A stretch of 32,000 bases of DNA from Candidatus Methanophagaceae archaeon (GTDB taxonomy: Archaea; Halobacteriota; Syntropharchaeia; Alkanophagales; Methanospirareceae): the NCBI GenBank assembly GCA_003194425.1, contig PQXB01000001.1, forward strand, positions 30,001 to 62,000, given 5' to 3'. Position 1 is the first letter of the stretch. Every line of letters starts with the position of its first letter. Below, in pieces: positions 1 to 6,825 of this stretch. The translations under genes were made by a program, and so were the position numbers. The notes beneath the pieces were generated by a model that saw nothing but the letters and a program-made list of their open reading frames with translations, was not told where the DNA came from and did not search any database.

Positions 1-1305
1 AAGAGCGGTTGGGTCTCAGTTTGCGGGCTGCCGTTTGCTTTGCGCGGGTGGTACGAGATTGGGCGGACGGAAATAAACAAGCCTGAGTTCTTCCGCGAGC
101 AGGGCGTTGATTTCAGGACAGAGACAGAAGTGACAAAGCTGAATTTGGAGGAAGGAGAGGGCAGCGTGACACTCAACACTGGCGAAGAGATAAAATATGA
201 TTTCCTCGTGCTGGCGACGGGGCGAAAGCAGTCCGTGAAAGAGACGGAACTCGACGGTGTTTTCACTTTTAACAACGAGGAGGACGCGGAAAAGATAGAA
301 GCGGCACTGAACGAGGAGGGAGTGAAAAGCGCTTACATTCGCGGTCGTGGTATTTTGGGACTGCAAGCGGCAGCCGCTTTCGCAACGCGGGGGTTGAAGA
401 CAACACTTCACGGCGGCGCTCCTTCGTTGCTGCCTTCCAACTTAGACCCCGAAATGGGCGACTTGGTAAAAGAGCGGTTGGAGAAGGAGGGGATAAGATT
501 TATTCTCGACGCACGAGAAATTACAGCGATAAAAAGTGAAGGGCGAGAGGGCAGAGTGAAGACGGTCGTGATCGGGGAAAAGAAAAATGGAAAGGAGAAG
601 GGGAGAGAGGAGATTCCTGCGGATATTGTTATAATCGGGAAATGGATGCTTCCTGAGGTAGACCTCGCAAAAGCAGCGGGAGTGGAGATTGGAGAAAGCG
701 GCGGAATTGTTACGGACAGGGGAATGCACATTAAAAAAGGGCGAGGGCATCTAACCAATGTCTACGCAGTCGGCGACTGCACGGAAGTCGTAGACGCCGT
801 CACGCACCGACCGCGACTGAACCAACTCGCTTCTACCGCGGTCACTCAAGCCACGGTCATTTCTGACAACATTCTGAGCGAGATTAGCGGGCTGCCAAGC
901 CTCTACTCGCCTTGCGAGTACTGTTTCGGTCCGACAGTAGCGGATGTCGGAGGCGTCTTGATCGGCTCGGTCGGCGTTACAACCGAAGCAGCGGCACGGG
1001 CAGGCATAAAAACAATTAGCGGGAAGGCGACGAAACTCACGAAGGCACGCTACTTCCCCGGGGCGACTCCACTCACCCTGAAATTGATTTTTGAGGCGTA
1101 CACCAAGAAATTAATCGGGGCGCAAATGGTCGGCGAAGCCACTGTCGCGGAGCGTGTAAACGAGTTAGGACTCGCTGTTCGTGCAGGAGTTACCGCAGAG
1201 GAGATGAGAAGTATGGAGCGGTGCTACGACCCTTCGCAGGCGCTGTTGGTTGATGTGACGGTAGACGCTGCGACCGCGGCTTTGGGAATTACGCCAGTGT
1301 ACTAA
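1..1305 (+). CDS. NADH oxidase / CoA-disulfide reductase family pyridine nucleotide-disulfide oxidoreductase (5' end lies outside the window)
   Basis: Frame 1 is open from base 1. It reads KSGWVSVCGLPF, matching the redox-active Cys motif (SFxxCGLPY) of Nox/CoADR enzymes. GRGILG dinucleotide-binding fold, VYAVGDC motif, TAA stop at 1303-1305. The track ORF 40..1305 starts at an internal TTG. Confidence 0.8.
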   Translation, partial: KSGWVSVCGLPFALRGWYEIGRTEINKPEFFREQGVDFRTETEVTKLNLEEGEGSVTLNTGEEIKYDFLVLATGRKQSVKETELDGVFTFNNEEDAEKIEAALNEEGVKSAYIRGRGILGLQAAAAFATRGLKTTLHGGAPSLLPSNLDPEMGDLVKERLEKEGIRFILDAREITAIKSEGREGRVKTVVIGEKKNGKEKGREEIPADIVIIGKWMLPEVDLAKAAGVEIGESGGIVTDRGMHIKKGRGHLTNVYAVGDCTEVVDAVTHRPRLNQLASTAVTQATVISDNILSEISGLPSLYSPCEYCFGPTVADVGGVLIGSVGVTTEAAARAGIKTISGKATKLTKARYFPGATPLTLKLIFEAYTKKLIGAQMVGEATVAERVNELGLAVRAGVTAEEMRSMERCYDPSQALLVDVTVDAATAALGITPVY

Positions 1306-1340
1306 CCTAACCCTGGCCCTCCCTTCTCCCTTTTTATTTT

Positions 1341-1778
1341 TTAAAACAAATCAAATGGTTTTTTTACTGGAACAAACGCTTTTAACCTCGTAAAATGCCG
1401 GTCATCACATAAAAAAACATCAATCTTCTCTCTCTTGTTTAACCACTCGAAAGTAGCGAGGTGAAAAGCGTCCGCAGCGTAAAGGTTCGTCTCTTTGATT
1501 AACCTTTCTGCAATCGGGACCAGCTCATCACGAAGCGAAACAAAATTTATCCTGTGCAACCTCAAATCCTCAATATCTATCGTTATAATCTCTTTTGGCT
1601 TTTTGTCCTTCTTCAACGCCCGTGCAATCTCAAGAAAAGCCCATTTTGACGAGTAACCCTGCCACTCTCCTTTATCAACTTTTTGGATTATTCTGTCCAT
1701 CACGGCACTGTCCTCCTCCTTTTTATACAGTTTCACGAGCACACTGGAATCGAAATAAAGCCGCAAAGAAAGCCTCAA
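1341..1778 (-). CDS. vapC: PIN-domain ribonuclease toxin (VapC-like)
   Basis: 145 aa with the PIN acidic signature spread as YFDSSVLV, DAFHLA and CDDRHF. Its TTG start overlaps the stop of the upstream antitoxin gene (TTGA). Confidence 0.8.
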   Translation of the reverse strand: MRLSLRLYFDSSVLVKLYKKEEDSAVMDRIIQKVDKGEWQGYSSKWAFLEIARALKKDKKPKEIITIDIEDLRLHRINFVSLRDELVPIAERLIKETNLYAADAFHLATFEWLNKREKIDVFLCDDRHFTRLKAFVPVKKPFDLF

Positions 1779-2023
1779 AGCTCGTCCTCCTCCCTAACCT
1801 CCTCTATTAACTCGCCTGCACTCTTCCCAGACGACCCAAATACCTCGTTTAATGCCCGCAATATTTTGAGTCTTGAGACGGTTTCAGTGCTCATCAGCCC
1901 GAGATAAAGCCTTACTGCTTCCCTCACAAGTTCGCTCTTATCCCGAAGCCCGAGTTCTTTTCTCGTCTTTTCCACTGCGTACAATTCCTTCTCCGAGAAT
2001 TTTGCTGAAATGTTGACGCTCAT
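1775..2023 (-). CDS. vapB: Ribbon-helix-helix (CopG/VapB-like) antitoxin
   Basis: 82 aa. The N-terminal segment (SELVREAVRLYL) looks like an RHH fold. 4-nt overlap with the PIN gene, the typical type II TA arrangement. Confidence 0.65.
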   Translation of the reverse strand: MSVNISAKFSEKELYAVEKTRKELGLRDKSELVREAVRLYLGLMSTETVSRLKILRALNEVFGSSGKSAGELIEEVREEDEL

Positions 2024-2082
2024 TTTAAACCTTTCTTTAAAAAAGAAAAATATAGCCTAAAAACTAAAGGGTATTTATATAC

Positions 2083-2098
2083 TCAAACTTAAGTTTGA
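2083..2098. promoter_or_regulatory. Perfect 16-bp palindrome TCAAACTTAAGTTTGA in the vapB/DUF2341 divergent intergenic region (candidate operator)
   Basis: Read directly. It is its own reverse complement and lies 60-75 nt upstream of the vapB ATG, next to TATA-like tracts (gtatttatata, ctatattttt on the minus strand). Confidence 0.3.
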
Positions 2099-2239
2099 AA
2101 ATTATGAAACTATTCGTCCTTCCCGCGAGAAGAGGGCGAAGGCGCGAAGGGAAGGCAGAGGCGAAGGGGAGAGGCACTGACTAAGGGAGGAGAAGCGAAA
2201 AGGAAAACAAGAGGAAGGAAAATATTTGGGACCGCTTTA

Positions 2240-2935
2240 GTGGCGGCGTTTGTAGTGGGGGCGGTGTTTGCGACTGCGGTCTCGGCGGCGACCGCGGCAG
2301 AGAGAGGAGCAGCGGGAGGAGGCGTAGTAGAACGAGGTTGGAGCGAGTGGGAATATTCAAAGACAGTGCTGGTAAAAGAGAACTCAGGTCAGACGCTGAC
2401 AGATTATCAAGTGCTCTTGAACCTCTCGGGTGCGGACTTCCCAGCAGAAGCGAAGTTAGACGGAAGTGACCTAAGGTTCGTGGACGCCGAGGAAAAGGAG
2501 GAGTTGAGTTACTGGGTAGAGAAGTTCGACGCGGCGAACGAGACAGGCAGGGTGTGGGTAAAAGTGTTGGAGATTCCGGCAGACGGCGAGGCAGAGTTAA
2601 AAATGCTTTTCGGCAACCCGAGTGCAGAGTCGGCGAGCAACGGCAGTGCGGTCTTTGAGTTGTTCGATGTTTCTGGAATTGTTGCGTTCTGGCATTTTGA
2701 CGAGGATTCTTGGTCTGGCACGGCGGGCGAGCAGAGTTTTGGGGCGGTCTGGGGCGTTGCGCTCTCAGATCCAACCACAAGCGAGATTCTCTCTTTTGAC
2801 GCGACCTACTGGAATTACGAGCCGAGAGAAACAGAAACCACGAAAGCCAAGAAATCGCAGGTTAGCCTCGCAAACGAGATAAAAGAAGCGGTAGAAATTG
2901 GTGGAAAAGCGGCTAAAAGAGCGAGTAGCGCTTAG
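2240..2935 (+). CDS. DUF2341-domain secreted protein, apparently a truncated remnant (possible pseudogene)
   Basis: LDGSDLRFVD..LSYWVEKFD..GRVWVKVLEIPADGEAELKMLFGNP matches the DUF2341 signature. The following AFWHFDEDSWSG..LSFDATYW looks like the start of a LamG/ConA-like domain, but the ORF then stops and overlaps truA by ~38 nt. The GTG start leaves a signal peptide with no charged n-region. Confidence 0.5.
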   Translation: MAAFVVGAVFATAVSAATAAERGAAGGGVVERGWSEWEYSKTVLVKENSGQTLTDYQVLLNLSGADFPAEAKLDGSDLRFVDAEEKEELSYWVEKFDAANETGRVWVKVLEIPADGEAELKMLFGNPSAESASNGSAVFELFDVSGIVAFWHFDEDSWSGTAGEQSFGAVWGVALSDPTTSEILSFDATYWNYEPRETETTKAKKSQVSLANEIKEAVEIGGKAAKRASSA

Positions 2936-3779
2936 AATCGGCTACCTCGGTACCAACTACCACGGCTTTCAGATTCAGCCTCGGACGAGAGAGCCGACCG
3001 TAGAAGGCGAACTCTTCAGGGCGTTAAGGCAACTCAAGATTCTCGAAGACGAAGACCGAAGAGCAGCACACTACTCCGCCGCGGGTAGGACCGACAAGGG
3101 CGTGCACGCCCTCGCACAAGTCGTCTCCTTTGACACCTCGAACCAAAATCTCTCCCCCCGAATGCTAAACAGTGCGCTTCCTGACGACATTTGGGTCTCG
3201 GCACTTGCGAAGCCACACTCTGAATTTAACGCACGCAAGGACGCGGTCAGTCGTGAGTACAGGTATTTTTTGTTCTCGCAGGGGCAGGTGGATTTGGAGG
3301 TAGCACGAATGCAGGAGGCGGCGGAGTTGCTCGTCGGGTGGCACGACTTCGCTAACTTCTGCCAGCAGCCCGAAGCCGAGCAGCGTCGCTCAACCGTGAG
3401 GCAGGTAAAGCGGTTGGAGGTGAAAAAAAGGAGTTCGTTCGTCGTCGTAACTGTAGAGGCAAACGGGTTTCTGCGTAAAATGGTGCGGAAAATCGTCTCT
3501 GCGTTGAGACTGGTTGGCAGCGGTGCGAGAGACAAAAAATGGGTGGAGGATTTGTTGGAACTGCGGGTAAAGGAAAAGGAGCAAATTGAGCCTGCGCCTG
3601 CCTTCGGGCTTGTTTTGAAAAGTGTTTCTTACCGCGGGCTTGAGTTCGTAGAAGACGAGTACGCGAAGCGGAGAATAACGGCGCGACTAAAGGAGGGTTT
3701 GGCTTTTCACACCGCGTTGGCAGCGGTGCTGGGGGAGATGAAAGGTTTATTGGAGAATAGCAAAGAGTGTTTAAGATGA
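2898..3779 (+). CDS. truA: tRNA pseudouridine(38-40) synthase TruA
   Basis: ALRIGYLGTNYHGFQIQP and GRTDKGVHALAQVVSF (catalytic Asp motif). 293 aa. No ATG is available; the start is TTG 2898 or GTG 2901. Confidence 0.9.
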   Translation: MVEKRLKERVALRIGYLGTNYHGFQIQPRTREPTVEGELFRALRQLKILEDEDRRAAHYSAAGRTDKGVHALAQVVSFDTSNQNLSPRMLNSALPDDIWVSALAKPHSEFNARKDAVSREYRYFLFSQGQVDLEVARMQEAAELLVGWHDFANFCQQPEAEQRRSTVRQVKRLEVKKRSSFVVVTVEANGFLRKMVRKIVSALRLVGSGARDKKWVEDLLELRVKEKEQIEPAPAFGLVLKSVSYRGLEFVEDEYAKRRITARLKEGLAFHTALAAVLGEMKGLLENSKECLR

Positions 3780-3887
3780 ATGTGGGAGAAGTTTCCAAGC
3801 AGGTTTTATTAGACGAGGAAGATTGCAAAATCAAAGGAATAGATTTCGTGGAGTTCATCAAACGGAGAAAGAAAATCTAATCACAAA

Positions 3888-4817
3888 CTATCCAAAAACT
3901 ATCTCAAATTCGCAATTTTCATCTAAATTTAAATTTAAAGTCTTTTGAGTGACACCCACTTTCCGTTTTATAATCTCCAAAAATTTGGGGTTTAGTTCAA
4001 TTCCAACGCTATTTCTATTTAACTCTTTCGCTACTTTCATTGTTGTTCCGCTTCCTAAAAACGGGTCTAAAACAGTGTCGCCCGCAAATCCAAGTTCTGG
4101 GAGAGCAGCAAAAGAGAACATTTTTATAAGTCGTCTTGGAAGTTCGTCTGGAAACATCGCTAAGTGCTCTTTCTGTCGTATCCCAGGAAATCGCCAATGA
4201 CCCGCAAACAATTCTCTCCACTCTTTAAGACTCAACGCCGACTTCTCTTTGACCCTTTTTATCCACTGCTGCTTTGTAATTCCCTTCTTCTTTAAATTCT
4301 CTTTAATTTTAAAAGTCTCTGGAAATTCCAAGCCATTTCCTTTTCCAAGTTTCTTAAAAATTAAAATATATTCGTAGTCATACTCCACTATCCCATTCCT
4401 CGGGTAAGGAAAAGAACCCATTACATTCGCTCCGCCACTAGGATTCACGGTCCCCTTCTTCTGCCAAATAATATGACCCATATAATCAAAACCAATTTCT
4501 TCACATTTAATAATAAAATGAGCGTGAATTGGCAGCGCTTTGTGCCGACCTAAAACTGGAGTTGTATTATAAACATCGCCAACATTTATAATTAATCTGC
4601 AATTTGGCTGCAAGACCCGAAAACATTCTTTCCAAACTTTTGCTAGTTCATTTATGTATTCTCTAAAAGAATTGCCAAACCCTATTTGACCTTCAATTCC
4701 GTAATCTTTAATATGAGCGTAAGGCGGAGAAGTTATTATTAATTGTATTGACTCGTCTGCAATCCTTTTTTTCATAACATTTTCTGCATCTCCAATAATA
4801 ATCTTGTGTTTTGTCAT
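3888..4817 (-). CDS. Beta-class DNA methyltransferase (N4-cytosine or N6-adenine; the SPPY motif favours m4C)
   Basis: Motif IV ITSPPY near the N-terminus and motif I DPFLGSGTT near the C-terminus, which is the beta permutation. The gene is visibly AT-rich compared with its neighbours. No adjacent endonuclease ORF. Confidence 0.88.
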   Translation of the reverse strand: MTKHKIIIGDAENVMKKRIADESIQLIITSPPYAHIKDYGIEGQIGFGNSFREYINELAKVWKECFRVLQPNCRLIINVGDVYNTTPVLGRHKALPIHAHFIIKCEEIGFDYMGHIIWQKKGTVNPSGGANVMGSFPYPRNGIVEYDYEYILIFKKLGKGNGLEFPETFKIKENLKKKGITKQQWIKRVKEKSALSLKEWRELFAGHWRFPGIRQKEHLAMFPDELPRRLIKMFSFAALPELGFAGDTVLDPFLGSGTTMKVAKELNRNSVGIELNPKFLEIIKRKVGVTQKTLNLNLDENCEFEIVFG

Positions 4818-4861
4818 CCGTATTGTTTTATTTATTTTAAAATCTCCTACTTTTTAAACTT

Positions 4862-5374
4862 TCAATGAAGTCTCCTCTGCTTGACAAAATAGTACGCAAC
4901 CACACCAAAAATGGAGCAGAGCAGAAAAGCCATAATTCCGCCGTTTATGCCTGCTGCTGCCCACTCCCTCCTCCACCACCTGCAGTCCAACGCCACCTGG
5001 ATCGTGGTTAGCTGAATGTAGCCAAAGAGCAGGTTCATCAAAATGCCCTGGCTAAGAAGAAAACTGCGGGTTGAACTGTACAACTCCGCCCTTTCCTCCT
5101 CCGACAGTTTCCTTGGGTCAACAGGGAAGTTGTAAATCCCCGGACACCGCTCCACCAGAAGCCCGAGTGCAACCAGCAAAAGAACCAGAGCAGTCTGAAC
5201 CGTGGGTAGAAGGAACATTGTTTCCTTGCTCCCCCACGCGTTGGGCGGACCGTGAAAGCCGAAGTGCGTTGGAACCTGTTCAGGCAGCGTCGGGTAAAAA
5301 TAAACGACCGCAGCCCAACTCCCCACTGCCAAGACCAAATTCACAAACACCGCTACAGCGTGCCTCCTCCTCAT
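4862..5374 (-). CDS. DUF1648-family integral membrane protein
   Basis: 170 aa with about 4 hydrophobic helices. The N-terminal LPEQVPTHFGFHGPPNAWGSK resembles the DUF1648 signature (lP..iP.Hf...G.pd.wg.k). Confidence 0.65.
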   Translation of the reverse strand: MRRRHAVAVFVNLVLAVGSWAAVVYFYPTLPEQVPTHFGFHGPPNAWGSKETMFLLPTVQTALVLLLVALGLLVERCPGIYNFPVDPRKLSEEERAELYSSTRSFLLSQGILMNLLFGYIQLTTIQVALDCRWWRREWAAAGINGGIMAFLLCSIFGVVAYYFVKQRRLH

Positions 5375-5409
5375 TTTCGTTAAAGTGTAAGGGAGCGCTG
5401 CAACGGCTT

Positions 5410-5580
5410 TTACTCGTTTTTCCTGAACTCAGTGTAACCGCATTTTCCGCACGAAAACCTGTCTTTATGCTCGGCTAAAAAGACTCCTGTCCCGCACCTT
5501 GGGCACATTTTCCGCTTCCTGCGCAGCCTTGTCTCGCCTCTCTCTTCCACTACTTCATAAAACTTCTGTACCGCAGCCAT
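5410..5580 (-). CDS. rps27ae: Ribosomal protein eS31 (S27ae)
   Basis: Not in the ORF track because it is only 56 aa. My translation: [66 protein letters not shown] zinc ribbon with FLAEHKDR, directly downstream of rps24e as in other archaea. Confidence 0.85.
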   Translation of the reverse strand: MAAVQKFYEVVEERGETRLRRKRKMCPRCGTGVFLAEHKDRFSCGKCGYTEFRKNE

Positions 5581-5588
5581 TTTTTATC

Positions 5589-5921
5589 CTACGACGCCCC
5601 TCCAAAATTCCTCTTTAAAATGTGCTCCCGCTCGATCTCCCGCAGCCTGTCCTCTCTCTCGTACACCTTCGCGTAGCCGACCGTCTCCTGCCGCCCGAAT
5701 TTCGTCCGCATTCTCTCTATTACGAGGAGGTTTGGACTGCACCGTAGTTTTTTTATCAAGACCGCTCGTGTCTCTTCCCTGCTCGGCGTCGCTCCTTTCC
5801 CTTCCCCCTTCGCACTCTTCTCTCCTTTTCCCGCAGCCCCTTCTCCGTGCTTTAATCTAAAAAACACTTCCTTCCGCCTCAGCAATTGATTCTCCCGATC
5901 CTCTGTTATTTCTATCTCCAT
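5589..5921 (-). CDS. rps24e: Ribosomal protein eS24 (S24e) with a low-complexity insertion
   Basis: MEIEITEDRENQLLRRKEV..ATPSREE..GYAKVYE..EHILKRN matches S24e. An extra GEGAAGKGEKSAKGEGKG sits between KH and ATPSR. Confidence 0.9.
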   Translation of the reverse strand: MEIEITEDRENQLLRRKEVFFRLKHGEGAAGKGEKSAKGEGKGATPSREETRAVLIKKLRCSPNLLVIERMRTKFGRQETVGYAKVYEREDRLREIEREHILKRNFGGAS

Positions 5922-6022
5922 CTTTTTCTTATTCCAAAGTTTTTCTTAAGAAAAATTTTACTAAAAGAATTAGGGCAGGTGCAAGGAGAAGAAAGCGATT
6001 TTGATCGCTCTCACGACCCTCT

Positions 6023-6208
6023 TCACCGCACTTTCAACGCGTAGCGACCCGCTTTTTTTATCTCCAATTTCTTCGCAATCTCCGACCCTTTTGCGTCTAC
6101 AATTATTACATAACCGCTCCAGTCGTCGCTGAGTGAATTAGAACCGCAGTTGCAGACCGACTTCCCACTCTCGATTATTCCGTGACAGTCCCTACACGCT
6201 TTTTCCAT
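6023..6208 (-). CDS. spt4: Transcription elongation factor Spt4 (RpoE'')
   Basis: MEKACRDCHGII..CNCGS..SDDWSGYVIIVD..EIAKKL..GRYALKV is a zinc ribbon plus NGN-binding region. The ATG at 6208-6206 overlaps the rpoE' TAA (TAATG), so I prefer this start over the 93-aa track ORF. Confidence 0.85.
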   Translation of the reverse strand: MEKACRDCHGIIESGKSVCNCGSNSLSDDWSGYVIIVDAKGSEIAKKLEIKKAGRYALKVR

Positions 6209-6825
6209 TATTCCCGCTCCTTCTCCTTTTCCTTCTCCTTTTCCTTCTCCCGCTCCTTCTCCTTCTCCTTCTCCTTCTCCTTCTCCCGCTCCTCTTCGAT
6301 CCACTCGATTTTCCCCAGCCCAGGCTGTCTCATCGTCAGTCCGATTTTGCTGTCACCAGGGTCCAGTTCGTTAAGAGAAATCGCGACAATTCTCGCCCGC
6401 AACCTGTCCCCTTCGCCCAGTGTCTTACCAGAGTCTTTAGTAACGAGTTTCGCACCCTTCTCGTCGTACGAAATATATTCGTCGGTGATTTGGCTGATGT
6501 GCAGCAGCCCGTCGAGCGGTCCAATCTCAACGAAAGCCCCGAACGCCACGATTTCCACAACCGACCCTTCTACGACCTCCTGCATCTTTGGCCGAAAAAC
6601 GAGTGCGTCAAAAACGGTCTCGTAGTAAACGCCCGCGTCGCCAATCATTATCCGCCCCTCTTTTATCTCCACGACCTTCTGCACCGCGACGAAGATTCCG
6701 ATTTTCTTGTCCAACCTGCCTTCCAACTTCTCCCGCAGCACCGCCTTCACCACGACCTCTAAATCGTCGCCTAACCGCTCTGGCGGCACCCTCACCACAT
6801 CAACCGCTCGTATTTTTAGATACAT
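6208..6825 (-). CDS. rpoE1: RNA polymerase subunit E' (Rpo7, S1 domain) with a C-terminal (EK)n extension
   Basis: N-terminal Rpb7 fold followed by an S1 domain (VVEGSVVEIVAFGAFVEIGPLDGLLHISQI) and LTMRQPGLGKIEW. It then continues EEEREKEKEKEKEKEREKEKEKEKEKERE, encoded by the hexanucleotide array. Confidence 0.9.
   Translation of the reverse strand: MYLKIRAVDVVRVPPERLGDDLEVVVKAVLREKLEGRLDKKIGIFVAVQKVVEIKEGRIMIGDAGVYYETVFDALVFRPKMQEVVEGSVVEIVAFGAFVEIGPLDGLLHISQITDEYISYDEKGAKLVTKDSGKTLGEGDRLRARIVAISLNELDPGDSKIGLTMRQPGLGKIEWIEEEREKEKEKEKEKEREKEKEKEKEKERE
6211..6296 (-). repeat. Hexanucleotide microsatellite (AAGGAG)n on the sense strand; CTCCTT-type on the + strand
   Basis: Read directly: ttcccgctccttctccttttccttctccttttccttctcccgctccttctccttctccttctccttctccttctcccgctcc. 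Confidence 0.95.

Noticed and set aside
2181-2780. 199-aa minus-strand ORF opposite the DUF2341 gene
   Set aside because: The product is Pro/Arg/Ser-rich low complexity, while the opposite strand carries a recognisable DUF2341 domain.
3776-3880. 34-codon ORF (MNVGEVSKQVLLDEEDCKIKGIDFVEFIKRRKKI) starting with an ATGA overlap on the truA stop
   Set aside because: It is too short, has no recognisable motif, and lies at the edge of the AT-rich islet. It cannot be supported without expression or conservation data.
3888-4817. A complete restriction-modification system around the SPPY methyltransferase
   Set aside because: The flanking ORFs are truA and a DUF1648 membrane protein. No endonuclease-sized ORF exists in the islet.
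6209-6304. 32-aa (GE)n N-terminal extension of Spt4 as annotated by the longest ORF
   Set aside because: The conserved Spt4 sequence starts at ATG 6208, which overlaps the rpoE' stop (TAATG), the usual coupling. The extension is the same microsatellite read in another frame. It is kept as a finding but not as the gene model.
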